A stretch of 64,000 nt of DNA from a virus. Lineage: Duplodnaviria; Caudoviricetes. Positions 1-9,646 of this stretch are shown in pieces. Every line of letters begins with the position of its first letter. The stretch's first letter is position 1. The position numbers and the translations under genes are program-made. The notes beneath the pieces were generated by a model, which worked only from the letters and a program-made list of their open reading frames with translations, had not been told where the DNA came from and ran no database searches. The stretch lies in IMG/VR virus record IMGVR_UViG_3300008262_000001. One strand, 5' to 3'.

Positions 1-222
1 TCCCTAGGATATTTAGAGAGCTTTAAAAAGGGATTAACAAAAAAATCAATACTTTTTTCTGTCGAAGGGTTAAGTTTAATAGAGAACAAACCAGCAACTA
101 AAGAAATAGATATAGTACAAGAAATAGTGCAATTCTCAATTCCCCTTTTAGAGCAGAGAATTGATCTAGGAAGAAAATTACACTCACAATATCCAACAAT
201 TCTATATGACAAACAACTATAA
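1..222 (+). CDS. 3' end of a hypothetical protein (truncated by window edge)
   Basis: Frame 1 open from base 1 to TAA at 220-222 (SLGYLESFKK...YDKQL*); overlaps start of next ORF. Confidence 0.55.
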   Translation, partial: SLGYLESFKKGLTKKSILFSVEGLSLIENKPATKEIDIVQEIVQFSIPLLEQRIDLGRKLHSQYPTILYDKQL

Positions 223-403
223 TGAATATTTAGAGCAGATAAAGAAGAAACTTGATGCTTTAAACAAAGCTGCAGGAGTTAATCCTCAGGAAAATATACA
301 GATCCAAAACCACAGAAACAATGGAATGCCTGGCAATGACATTTTCGATATGCTAGGAAACGGAGCTAAAATGTGGATGGAAAAAAATAACAATTCCAAA
401 TAA
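206..403 (+). CDS. hypothetical protein
   Basis: 65 aa ORF co-directional with neighbours. Confidence 0.6.
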   Translation: MTNNYNEYLEQIKKKLDALNKAAGVNPQENIQIQNHRNNGMPGNDIFDMLGNGAKMWMEKNNNSK

Positions 404-461
404 TGCTCAAAACATTATCGTAACTTAATGGTCAGTTGGAATAGAATTAGAAAAAGATGAG

Positions 462-1340
462 ATGAGAGATTTTAAAATATCTATAAGATATACTGATCCG
501 TCAAAAAACCTTGCTAGATATTTTGCAGAGGTAACAAAAGAGAAAATGCTTTCCGTACAAGAGGAGGCAGAACTTGCAAAACTAGCTAAAGAAGGTGATC
601 AAGAAGCAAAAGAAAAAATTATCAAGTCAAATCTCAGGTTTGTAATTTCAGTAGCTAAATCTTACGCATCAAGTAAATATCCAGTCGAGGATATTATTTC
701 TGAAGGAAACAGAGGACTAATAGAAGCAATAGATAATTTTGATCCTTCTCAGGGATTTAAATTTATAAGCTATGCTGTGTGGCATATCAGAAAAAATATT
801 CTATCTTTCTTAAATACACACTCAAGAACAATCAGACTTCCACAAAATGTGATTAGTGAAATGAGAAGGTATCAGGAAGCAGAAAACTTTTTTATAGCAG
901 AGCATAGTAGAGAACCTTCGGTAGACGAAATCCTCAGACTTATAGACGAAAAAGGAATGAAGCCTTTTCCGTCAGCAGTGATTGAAACTATAACGAACAA
1001 ACCCGTTCAGGTTTCACTAGATTATGACACTGATGGAGAGGGAGAAAAAGCTTATTCTCCTATTAACTGGATTTCATCTGAAGAAAACACGGAGGATCGG
1101 ATTTTTAAAAGAGATGAACAGGAAGCAATCCGTTTAATTTTTTCATTCTTAAAACCTTTCGAAAAGGAAATTGCTGAAATGAAATTCGGTTTAGGTGAAA
1201 GTGGAGTGGAAAAAACTTTTAATGAAATAGGAATCCACTTTGGTAAAAGCTCCGAATGGGCAAGGGGAACCTTTCGAAAAATAGAAAGAAAAATGAGAAG
1301 AATAGCAAGATTAAAAGGAATAAAATCTAGCTCTATGTAA
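462..1340 (+). CDS. RNA polymerase sigma-70 family factor (RpoD/RpoS-like, lacking region 1.1)
   Basis: Region 1.2 LSVQEEAELAK, 2.1 SNLRFVISVAKSY, 2.2-2.3 GNRGLIEAIDNFDPSQGFKFISYAVWHIR, C-terminal region-4 HTH. Confidence 0.93.
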   Translation: MRDFKISIRYTDPSKNLARYFAEVTKEKMLSVQEEAELAKLAKEGDQEAKEKIIKSNLRFVISVAKSYASSKYPVEDIISEGNRGLIEAIDNFDPSQGFKFISYAVWHIRKNILSFLNTHSRTIRLPQNVISEMRRYQEAENFFIAEHSREPSVDEILRLIDEKGMKPFPSAVIETITNKPVQVSLDYDTDGEGEKAYSPINWISSEENTEDRIFKRDEQEAIRLIFSFLKPFEKEIAEMKFGLGESGVEKTFNEIGIHFGKSSEWARGTFRKIERKMRRIARLKGIKSSSM

Positions 1341-1734
1341 GTTTTACTTCTTGTATTTTAAAAGGCAATTGTTTTTTATAATAGTATAGATGGAAGAAAA
1401 TGTATTCTTCCTCATTCATGTATCCCATTGCAAATTGTCTTTTACCCCATTCAACATCTTTTCTACTTTTCAAATATTTGTGGGCAATCTCCCCGCCTTT
1501 TTCTATATCTTCTTTCAATTTATTATTTAACTGTTTACGAATGGCTTCACATTTTCTTTTTGAAAGAGAAATTTCTTGGATCCATTCATACATTTTGTCT
1601 TTCTCATAATAACAACCCATGATCATGTAAACAACATCAGGACTTTTTGCTTTCATTTTTGAGATTAATTTTTTTCCATTCGATTCTTTTCTTCCACATT
1701 TCCTGCTTATATCCATTGGTGAAAAACCAACCAA
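1333..1734 (-). CDS. hypothetical protein
   Basis: 133 aa ORF; start uncertain. Confidence 0.55.
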   Translation of the reverse strand: MVGFSPMDISRKCGRKESNGKKLISKMKAKSPDVVYMIMGCYYEKDKMYEWIQEISLSKRKCEAIRKQLNNKLKEDIEKGGEIAHKYLKSRKDVEWGKRQFAMGYMNEEEYIFFHLYYYKKQLPFKIQEVKLT

Positions 1735-2014
1735 TAGACTTATCTAAAAAATAGTCTATGTAGAGCAGTGCAAGTTTGAAGTTCATAAACACAAGATTAA
1801 TCAACTATCGCTCAGTAGAAAAAGAAACTTTTTAGCACTTTACTGTTAAATCATAGATGATCTTAGTTTTTACTATAATTTTTCTTATTGTAAATCAACT
1901 GATTGGGTTTCTATTGATTGATCTTGAAAAGAGACCATATGATCCTGTAGGGTCAGTATTTTTTATAAATTTCTGGAGTGTGGTACTTCTTTGGAGATTT
2001 TTCCAAAGAAAAGA

Positions 2015-2617
2015 CTAATGCCACCAGGCCCTCATATCACTTCCATCATATTGACTATCGAAGTCATCTGAGTTATCAAAAATTGCCTTGTAATCAGGAC
2101 CTTTGATAATAGCAATGATTTCTTCCCAGTGATCTTGAGCAATTTCTTTTGATCTTCTCATCACTTTTAAATTGTGACTTTTCTCTTCAGGAAGTCCCGT
2201 ATCAATCATCCTGTACGTCATACCATCACCAGAAGGTTCCCAGACTATTTCTGTATTAATGATCGGTCCTAATTCTTTCTCTGCCAATCCCATGTAGTCA
2301 TCTTTCAAGAAAATATCTAAAAGGTAAGAGAGTCTTTTCATTTTCTCAACCTTTTTATTTTTACTTACAGTTTCTTCAAACGAATATTTGTCGATATACT
2401 TTGCTATATCATCTAAGGATGTTTTTACCAAAGGAAGAATAGAATGAGCTCCATTGTAGTTATTGTAATTCCAAAGATCCTTTCTAAAAACCCAGAGATT
2501 TCTAAAAAATCTAGGCAGGTCATATCTAAATAAATCGTAAATCTTCCAATGTGCCATTCTCCTTGAAGAAATCTTCATCAGGTTTTTCATGAAGGTGTTT
2601 GTGAATTTGAGTTCCAT
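2015..2617 (-). CDS. hypothetical phage protein
   Basis: 200 aa ORF; CATATATA late-motif variant just upstream. Confidence 0.7.
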   Translation of the reverse strand: MELKFTNTFMKNLMKISSRRMAHWKIYDLFRYDLPRFFRNLWVFRKDLWNYNNYNGAHSILPLVKTSLDDIAKYIDKYSFEETVSKNKKVEKMKRLSYLLDIFLKDDYMGLAEKELGPIINTEIVWEPSGDGMTYRMIDTGLPEEKSHNLKVMRRSKEIAQDHWEEIIAIIKGPDYKAIFDNSDDFDSQYDGSDMRAWWH

Positions 2618-2651
2618 AGTTTATATATGACTGGGTTTAAAACGTAGGTGG

Positions 2652-2659
2652 GATAAATA
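2652..2659 (+). promoter_or_regulatory. putative late promoter GATAAATA
   Basis: Recurrent motif about 20 nt before ATG 2680; resembles T4 late promoter TATAAATA. Confidence 0.55.
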
Positions 2660-2679
2660 CATTACAAATATAAGAATAA

Positions 2680-3534
2680 ATGAAACACCTCAAACCAATA
2701 GAAGAGTTTATAAACGAACAACTTTTTAGAAATGCCTATGGAAAGTTTCTAGACCTATTAGGATTGGGTGGACCAGAAGAAGTTAAAGACCCTAAACCTT
2801 CTATAGTTGGTGGTAGTGTGAGATTTTCAGGTTCAGGTGATAAGGGTAAAAATATTCAGCTTCTTATTGACGCAATGAAAAAGCACGGGATCACAAATCC
2901 TTTCACACAAATAGCAATTCTTGGAGTAGTAGGAAAAGAAAGTGGTTACATTCCAAAAATAGAAAAAGGATACGGAAATACCTCACCGGAAAGAATTAGA
3001 AAAATATTTGGAGCAAGAGTAAACGATCTGACAGATGCTCAAATCGATCAAATCAAGACAAATGATGAGAAATTCTTTGATCTCGTTTATGGACCAGGTG
3101 ATAAAACAGGGAAGTCTCAGAAATATGGAAATTCAGCTCCAGGAGACGGTTGGAAATTTAGAGGAAGAGGTTTCAACCAATTAACCTTCAAAGGATCATA
3201 TGAAAAAATGCAAAAGTTATATGATTCAAAAGGAAAGCTAAACAGACAAGTAAACATTGTAACAAATCCAGATTTACTTGATGATCCGGAAGTTGCAGCA
3301 GAATTTGCGGTTCTTTATTTCCTATCTAGAGCATCAAGTCCGCAAATGGCTCAAAAATTTGGTGTTGCAGATATAAACGGTTTTAAAGATCAATTCACTG
3401 CTACCAAAGCAATGACTAATGCAAATGCTGGTTGGGGTAACGATGTTACCAATGACGAAGGATTCGTACGTGCCCAACAATTTGCAGCTAATTTTTCAGT
3501 TGATCTATCTTCAGGAACCGCAACGATGGCTTGA
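2680..3534 (+). CDS. GH19 lysozyme/chitinase-fold peptidoglycan hydrolase with CTS-like N-terminal leader
   Basis: GKESG catalytic-Glu segment, GDGWKFRGRGFNQLTFKGSY motif; N-terminus MKHLKPIEEFINEQLF. Confidence 0.85.
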   Translation: MKHLKPIEEFINEQLFRNAYGKFLDLLGLGGPEEVKDPKPSIVGGSVRFSGSGDKGKNIQLLIDAMKKHGITNPFTQIAILGVVGKESGYIPKIEKGYGNTSPERIRKIFGARVNDLTDAQIDQIKTNDEKFFDLVYGPGDKTGKSQKYGNSAPGDGWKFRGRGFNQLTFKGSYEKMQKLYDSKGKLNRQVNIVTNPDLLDDPEVAAEFAVLYFLSRASSPQMAQKFGVADINGFKDQFTATKAMTNANAGWGNDVTNDEGFVRAQQFAANFSVDLSSGTATMA

Positions 3535-3653
3535 TATATAAGGTATTGAAAAAGCGTACTGTTGTATACTACAGTAAGTCCTTCGGAAATTAGGAAAATT
3601 TTGAAATCCTTTAGGTTTTTCTCCTCTTAAAATTTCCACAAAATAGGCGAAAC

Positions 3654-4154
3654 TTGTCATTTAATTTTATTCATAAACCCCTTGTGATTTTTGATTTCAT
3701 GAATCAAATAGGAATTTTTTTATTCAACAAAAATTTTACTCTAAATAATTTCTTTAAAGTAATATTAATATGCTTTCTTTCCAATTCTGCGAAAGCACAG
3801 ACTAACCAATATGTCGTCGATCTAGAATACTACAATGGTGTTTTAGAAAGAATGGTACAGCTTCAAAGGGATAGTATGCACACCCTTGAATGGAAGCTAC
3901 AAAGAACTAAAGTTGTTATGTTGAAAGAGCACCTAAGGAAAAAAGCTTGGGTGAAAGTTGCAATAGGAGAAACAGCTTTAATCGCGGGAGCAGTTGTTGG
4001 GGTTTTAACTGGAGCATGGATCCCTGCAGCAATGGCAGTTGGATTAGTTGAAATTTTTCTTTTAGTTGAAGGAAAATACAGATTGAACATTAAACAATTA
4101 AAAATAATTAGAAGAGAAGCCTCAGGCGAAAAACTTAGCAACTACATAAAGTAG
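3654..4154 (+). CDS. hypothetical membrane protein (true start probably downstream)
   Basis: Signal-like segment, coiled region and C-terminal hydrophobic hairpin (ALIAGAVVGVLTGAWIPAAMAVGLVEIFLLV). Confidence 0.6.
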   Translation: MSFNFIHKPLVIFDFMNQIGIFLFNKNFTLNNFFKVILICFLSNSAKAQTNQYVVDLEYYNGVLERMVQLQRDSMHTLEWKLQRTKVVMLKEHLRKKAWVKVAIGETALIAGAVVGVLTGAWIPAAMAVGLVEIFLLVEGKYRLNIKQLKIIRREASGEKLSNYIK

Positions 4155-4183
4155 GTGCTAATAAATAAATTAATAAATTATAA

Positions 4184-6466
4184 ATGAAAAATGTATTAGC
4201 AGTTGTTTCATTTGTACTACTTTCTTTTCTGTCACTCGGACAAAGTTTGATAGATGATATAGGTAGACAAGTGTTACTTACACCGAAGCTTGATGCAAGG
4301 AAGCATCAGGTGGACGAATTTTTGGATTTTTACAATGTAGAGATTGTGAGCTATTTAGATCAGCTTGACATCTATGTTGTAAGAACAAATGATTTTGATC
4401 TTCTCACAGCACTCTGTGAGGATAGTGGTTTATTTGGTATAATCGAAAGAGATAGAATGGAAGAAATCAAATTCGATTATATTCCCAATGATACTGAATT
4501 TGCCTCTTGTTGGCATTTGAGACAAGCAAATGACAAAGACATTGATGCAGATGAAGCTTGGGATTTACTTCCAACAGACAACCAATGGGTTTCTGTTGCT
4601 ATGTTTGATGGTGGACTTGATATGACAATTCCCGAATTTGTTGGAAATGTCGACAGCCCGTTTAATGCTGTGAATGGTACTAACTCAGTTCCCTATGTTA
4701 ACTCAGAAGATAAACATGGTACTGCTTGCTCTGGTACAATAGCAGCAAGAACCAATAACGGAATTGGTGTTAGCAGTGTTGGTAACAACTTTGTTAAGGT
4801 TATGCCTGTCAACATTATGTCGCAGGTTTATGCAGGAGGAACTTTTGGAACTTCTACCGGAATTCAAGTTGCAGCAGTTAATGCAGCAATGGCAAATCCC
4901 AATTGTGTTGCTATTGCGATGTCTTATGGTGGTAGCACATACTCTGCAACTCTTGAAAATGCTTTTTTGAATGCAAGGGCAAACGGAAGAGGAGGCAAAG
5001 GAATGATGGTATTTGCTTCTTCCGGTAATGGTTATTCAGGAACTGCAGCTCAATATCCAGCTAACTACAATGGAGTTTGGGGGGTTGGTGCAACAACCTC
5101 ATCAGATACAAGAGCTAGTTTTTCGAATTATGGTCAAATCTGTGACATTTCTGGACCCGGTTCAGCAATTAGAACCACTGACAGACTTGGTGCCGAAGGA
5201 TATGATCCAACTGACTACAAGAGCGTTAGCGGGACATCTTTCAGTTGTCCAATAACAGCTGCAGCTTCAGCAGTTATCGCTTATAAAAACTGGGAGTTAA
5301 CTGATGATGAGATTTTGCAAATTCTATCTTCAACTTGTGAAAAGGTTGGTGGTTACACTTACACTAATAATCCAACTTGGCCTTACAGTACTAGAAGTAA
5401 CGAATTAGGTTATGGAAGGATTAATCTTAAAAATGCAGTTATTGCAACACCCACACCTGGTGGTCCACCTCCACCTCCACCAACAATAGTTTCTAACTAC
5501 ACTGTTAACAATGTAATAGTAACTCCAGCTAGTGTAAACTTAGGAGAGACAATTTTAGTAAACTACAACGCTATAGTTACTGAAGAAGTAAATGTATCAA
5601 CTACCTTTGCCACATTTGTTGGCGTACAATATAGATATTCAGCAAACTCTACATTGGGTGATGCAGATGACATTATAATTGGTGTCGATAGTGTGAGCTT
5701 AGGTGGAGGAAATAATTCTGTAACTAGATCTTTCTCCTATACAGTTGATGGGATGGCAGGTACACGTTACATATTCGTAACCATAAACTATGACAATGCA
5801 GCAGAAGAAACTATAACTTCGGATAACACAAGTTTCAAAGCTTTCAATGTTGCAAATCCATCTATGACGGGAACAGACCTTCGTGTGGAACTTGTTCAAC
5901 CAGTAGCAAATCCCTGGACGACTTCTCTCCAGATAGTAAACACACAATGGAGAGCGGTTAACACAGGAACTACAACAATCAACCAGATCAATTACACAAG
6001 AAGATGGATTGATTGCACAGCAGCTTATGGATGTGTAACAAATTCAACTTGGACAGGCACTTTGCTTCCTGGACAATCAACTTTGCTTCCTGCAAACAAC
6101 ACTTATATAAGTGTGAATCTTTGTCACCCAACAAGATGTGCAGTTCCAGTAGGAACTTCGAACACTTTCAGATTGGATGTGATAAGTGTGAACGGAACAA
6201 TGGGGGACACTGATCCAACTAACAATAGGGTTGATCTTGTTTTCAATCGCCTTGCAACAAGTGGAGAAGATATCATCGGTAATTATCCTCTTCTTGACGA
6301 TCCTGAAGGTGTTTATATTGAAGACGATTATCCAATTGCTGTAGAGATCTACACAATTACTGGAGCTTTATTGGACATTAACAGATATAGTGAATTACCA
6401 AGTGGTATTTACATTATCAAAGCTCAATATATGGATAGAACAGAAACTTTCAAATGGGCTAAATAA
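4184..6466 (+). CDS. secreted S8 subtilisin-like serine protease with CARDB/Ig-like domains and degenerate T9SS type A C-terminal domain
   Basis: Signal peptide; triad MFDGG (D), HGTACSG (H), GTSFSCP (S); oxyanion ASSGNG; poly-Pro linker; C-terminus VEIYTITGALL...LPSGIYIIK. Confidence 0.9.
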   Translation: MKNVLAVVSFVLLSFLSLGQSLIDDIGRQVLLTPKLDARKHQVDEFLDFYNVEIVSYLDQLDIYVVRTNDFDLLTALCEDSGLFGIIERDRMEEIKFDYIPNDTEFASCWHLRQANDKDIDADEAWDLLPTDNQWVSVAMFDGGLDMTIPEFVGNVDSPFNAVNGTNSVPYVNSEDKHGTACSGTIAARTNNGIGVSSVGNNFVKVMPVNIMSQVYAGGTFGTSTGIQVAAVNAAMANPNCVAIAMSYGGSTYSATLENAFLNARANGRGGKGMMVFASSGNGYSGTAAQYPANYNGVWGVGATTSSDTRASFSNYGQICDISGPGSAIRTTDRLGAEGYDPTDYKSVSGTSFSCPITAAASAVIAYKNWELTDDEILQILSSTCEKVGGYTYTNNPTWPYSTRSNELGYGRINLKNAVIATPTPGGPPPPPPTIVSNYTVNNVIVTPASVNLGETILVNYNAIVTEEVNVSTTFATFVGVQYRYSANSTLGDADDIIIGVDSVSLGGGNNSVTRSFSYTVDGMAGTRYIFVTINYDNAAEETITSDNTSFKAFNVANPSMTGTDLRVELVQPVANPWTTSLQIVNTQWRAVNTGTTTINQINYTRRWIDCTAAYGCVTNSTWTGTLLPGQSTLLPANNTYISVNLCHPTRCAVPVGTSNTFRLDVISVNGTMGDTDPTNNRVDLVFNRLATSGEDIIGNYPLLDDPEGVYIEDDYPIAVEIYTITGALLDINRYSELPSGIYIIKAQYMDRTETFKWAK

Positions 6467-6491
6467 ACCCAAGACGAAATATATAAGAAAG

Positions 6492-6521
6492 AGGCTTGGC
6501 ATCCCGCCAGGCCTTTTTTTT
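6492..6521 (+). terminator. rho-independent terminator
   Basis: AGGCTTGGC-ATCCC-GCCAGGCCT hairpin followed by T-run. Confidence 0.8.
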
Positions 6522-6541
6522 AAACTAAATAACTTGTAACT

Positions 6542-6895
6542 ATGAAAAATCTAATCACTATCTTACTTGTGTTGTTTGGTTACTCCGCATTTTCTCAAGA
6601 CGGATTGTATTACTTCAATCAAAATGGAAGAAAAGACACTATAGTGAGTTTATACAATTCATCAGTACCTGAGAGAATTCCTATCGGAGACACTTTAGTT
6701 ACAAGGATAAAGAAAAATCAGATTGATTCAGATGGAGATTTCTTTTTGTTGCTTAAAAGTGGTACAGAAATAAAAGGAAAAATCTTCGTTAAAGAATCTA
6801 GAAAATACATTTTATTTGACTTGTATATAGAAGTAATAAATTACACGAATGGTAATTATTACTCAGCTAAAAGATTTTTAAAACCTGAAGATTAA
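6542..6895 (+). CDS. hypothetical secreted protein
   Basis: Bacteroidota-style signal peptide MKNLITILLVLFGYSAFSQ. Confidence 0.7.
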   Translation: MKNLITILLVLFGYSAFSQDGLYYFNQNGRKDTIVSLYNSSVPERIPIGDTLVTRIKKNQIDSDGDFFLLLKSGTEIKGKIFVKESRKYILFDLYIEVINYTNGNYYSAKRFLKPED

Positions 6896-7479
6896 TTAAC
6901 CCTATAATTTGGGTAAGATCCTAGTGTTGGTTTGACATTTGGAAAATAATACATCTCTACGATCTGTCCATATTGTATTTCCTTCCAAAAGCCTCCAGGA
7001 ACGGTTGATCCTGTTGGCTGCTTAATTGTATTTTTAGAAAAGTCTAGTTTAATATGCACGTAGACATCCTGAGACTTAGCTATTTCTCTTTCTCTTAACT
7101 CCAACATTCTCCAAACACCTCTATTCAAGTCTTGGTGCTGTAAAGCACAATTCAAATATGTAAAGGTTTTATGTAAAGTAGCTTTGTCGCAAGAAAAGTC
7201 AGCAGCAGGTGCCAAATGGCCTTTATCCCAAACGTTGTTTTCATAATCTTCATGTGAAGATGTGTGGATTGAATCACATTTGTAAAAATCCATACCAGCT
7301 CTAGAAGCCTTGCCATTTGGGCATTTCACACTATACCAAATTTCTAGAGGTTGTTCAAATTCTTCAGAGTACAAAATAGTGAAAATGTCAGATTTGACTT
7401 TAATAACCCTTGGAGGATAAAAACAAAAAGAAGTTAAGAATGCAAATAATAAAACGTAAATAATTCTAGCTTTCATCAT
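6892..7479 (-). CDS. DNA/RNA non-specific endonuclease (NucA/Endonuclease_NS family), exported
   Basis: WDKGHLAPAADF and NCALQHQDLNRGVWRMLE motifs; N-terminal signal/TM. Confidence 0.9.
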   Translation of the reverse strand: MMKARIIYVLLFAFLTSFCFYPPRVIKVKSDIFTILYSEEFEQPLEIWYSVKCPNGKASRAGMDFYKCDSIHTSSHEDYENNVWDKGHLAPAADFSCDKATLHKTFTYLNCALQHQDLNRGVWRMLELREREIAKSQDVYVHIKLDFSKNTIKQPTGSTVPGGFWKEIQYGQIVEMYYFPNVKPTLGSYPNYRVN

Positions 7480-7814
7480 CTAAATTTATTGGGATAGAGA
7501 AGTCTAAGTTCGTGTCCTTGTGGAATATCTTTTTTACGTATTCCAAATATCTTTTCTTCTGGACAAGGATCTATCGAATTTTGTAACCTACCATTAATCC
7601 AGGTTTCAATTGTTTTAAAATTGTTTGTACAAGCCCAAGTTTCTATAGATCTGTTCCAATATGATCCAACAAGAAAAGGAAATCTAATATTTGTGTTATT
7701 AACAACTTCAGCTATTTCACTACCTTGGAGATTAACAGTTATTTCCCCTGACATTTTATGTCTGAGGATCATACTTCTTTGATTGAAGTTTTCGTATAAT
7801 TTCAAATTTTTCAT
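7476..7814 (-). CDS. hypothetical protein with CTS-like leader
   Basis: Start MKNLKLYENF at 7814 overlaps upstream stop (TAATG coupling). Confidence 0.65.
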   Translation of the reverse strand: MKNLKLYENFNQRSMILRHKMSGEITVNLQGSEIAEVVNNTNIRFPFLVGSYWNRSIETWACTNNFKTIETWINGRLQNSIDPCPEEKIFGIRKKDIPQGHELRLLYPNKFR

Positions 7815-8377
7815 TACCACGGGTTACTTGATTTGATACCTAATAACTTTCTGTATCGTGCCACATTGCAACTCCAATACTTAGCTTTCCATTTAGGACC
7901 AGGATTATCACATCCCATTCTTTTTTGGAAAGACCTAGCTTTTTTTGGATCTGCGTTATTCACTCTCATACCAGGTTCTCCAAAACCGACTTTTACAACA
8001 TTTCCTTTCTCGTTTTTAGTGTAAACTGAAAATTTTCTGGGACCTCCAGGGGTTCTGTATGGTTTATTAAGATTAACCTTTCTTCCTCTGTATTCTGCTT
8101 CATCAATATCTTCATAGTCTTCAAATGGAACATCTAAGTAAATCTCTTGACCCTCGTAGATTGCTTTGGTGCCAGCATCAGTAGAAATTAACCAAACCTC
8201 ATCCTCATTAAGAGCAATTTTTCCCGTGTTATAAAGAGTTCTTGCTTCATTAACAATTGAAAGCCAAGCATCGGATTCAACTCTAAATACACTCTCTAAA
8301 ATGCTAAGTCCATTTTCAAAATGGTATTGCATATTTTCGGAGATTTTAAAATTTTCGAAGTCCTGTAAATGATTCAT
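7814..8377 (-). CDS. conserved phage protein (DUF6321-like C-terminal domain) with CTS-like leader
   Basis: KVGFGEPGM...KARSFQKRMGCD...KAKYWSC resembles a conserved viral domain recalled as DUF6321; N-terminus MNHLQDFENFKISE. Confidence 0.7.
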   Translation of the reverse strand: MNHLQDFENFKISENMQYHFENGLSILESVFRVESDAWLSIVNEARTLYNTGKIALNEDEVWLISTDAGTKAIYEGQEIYLDVPFEDYEDIDEAEYRGRKVNLNKPYRTPGGPRKFSVYTKNEKGNVVKVGFGEPGMRVNNADPKKARSFQKRMGCDNPGPKWKAKYWSCNVARYRKLLGIKSSNPW

Positions 8378-8384
8378 ACAGGTT

Positions 8385-8392
8385 TATATATC
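8385..8392 (-). promoter_or_regulatory. putative late promoter GATATATA
   Basis: 7 nt upstream of ATG 8377. Confidence 0.55.
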
Positions 8393-8402
8393 CTATTTCT
8401 GG

Positions 8403-9587
8403 TTATCCAAAATAGAATCTTTTTCTAACTTGTAAGAGTAGATCTTTCACGAAATCGGGCGCAACACTTTCTGGTAAAGACGATTCTTTAAATAATCTAT
8501 CAATTTCAATAATGTCTTTTTCTGCAAAGCTTATCAAACTCTCAAGATCAATTTCTCCTCTTCTTATCGCTAATAAATCATGTGCATTTTTTCTTCTAAC
8601 TAAAACTCCTTTTCCCTCTGCAATCTCTTTAGCCATTTCAAGAAGTCTGCGACAGTGCATCATGTTTTTACCATCAATTTTTTGGCCATGAGATTCAACA
8701 TCTACCCATCTTTGCAAATTCCTTTTTTCAAGCCACACTTGATATTCATTGAAATCCTTACAGTGCATAATGTAACCGTCCTTGTTGTAAATGATGTTAC
8801 AAATAGGGGTTTGTCCATTTGGTATCGAGGAAAGACGTAATTGATTTGATTCTGCAACACTTGCCCCATGTCCAGTTTTTACAAGACCTTTGTAGCTGAA
8901 TCCCAATGGTAGACCAGATTCTTTTCTGGTTTCTAAATATATTTCACGAGTTTTAGTCGGAACTTGTTCTGAAAAACATAAATGAGCGTCGGTGTCATAG
9001 TAAAGAGCATATATGTCTCTTGCATTTGGTACGTTTACTGCACCAATGAATTTCTCGTCATATCTTCCATTGTTCCATTGCTTCCATGGTATAGACTTTT
9101 CATCTTCAATTACATAACAAAAATCTAAAACGTCCTTGCGTGAGACTTTGTCTTTGTCCCAGTTTTGTTTCTTGTCCTGTCCCTTAGCCTTCTTGATTTG
9201 CTGAATTGCATAACCAGCAAAAGAATTAGAACATTTCTTAGTCACAAATTTGTCCTTATAACGGAGTATTTCATCCATTGCTGGATGTTTGTATAGAATA
9301 CAGTCTTCGGGCGTGTTTAGAAGCTCTAAAATAGTTGGATTGTTAGTAGATGCAAGTTCTAAAAATCTCTTAATCTCATAAAAGACAGTGTCATTCTTGT
9401 CATCGTTAATTTGGTCTTTATACCCATACCCAAGTATATCATCAAGGCTTTGAATATAAATTCCAGCATAGTCAACATCAGAAGTTGGAAGAGCTGTTCC
9501 GTAAACTTGCGACCCACGTTTCACAACCAGTAATAGCTCAGCTCCTGAAATTTTAGAATTGACTAAGTTGGTAAACTCTTTCATCAT
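8403..9587 (-). CDS. DNA polymerase beta-superfamily nucleotidyltransferase (RlaP/Nuc-transf-like)
   Basis: RGSQVYGTALPTSDVDYAGIY (GS...DxD) motif, NPTILELL, C-terminal KNMMHCRRLL helical domain. Confidence 0.85.
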   Translation of the reverse strand: MMKEFTNLVNSKISGAELLLVVKRGSQVYGTALPTSDVDYAGIYIQSLDDILGYGYKDQINDDKNDTVFYEIKRFLELASTNNPTILELLNTPEDCILYKHPAMDEILRYKDKFVTKKCSNSFAGYAIQQIKKAKGQDKKQNWDKDKVSRKDVLDFCYVIEDEKSIPWKQWNNGRYDEKFIGAVNVPNARDIYALYYDTDAHLCFSEQVPTKTREIYLETRKESGLPLGFSYKGLVKTGHGASVAESNQLRLSSIPNGQTPICNIIYNKDGYIMHCKDFNEYQVWLEKRNLQRWVDVESHGQKIDGKNMMHCRRLLEMAKEIAEGKGVLVRRKNAHDLLAIRRGEIDLESLISFAEKDIIEIDRLFKESSLPESVAPDFVKDLLLQVRKRFYFG

Positions 9588-9612
9588 GATGAGAAATTTT
9601 TAATTTTCTTCT

Positions 9613-9620
9613 CAAAAGTA
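9613..9620 (-). promoter_or_regulatory. Bacteroidota-type -7 promoter element TAnnTTTG (TACTTTTG)
   Basis: Exact match 25 nt upstream of ATG 9587. Confidence 0.5.
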
Positions 9621-9646
9621 GAAAAAGTGTTCCATACAAAAAAATG

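Noticed and set aside
4764-6213. Alternate-frame ORFs inside the S8 protease
   Set aside because: Fully nested in a well-supported gene, with no independent signals.
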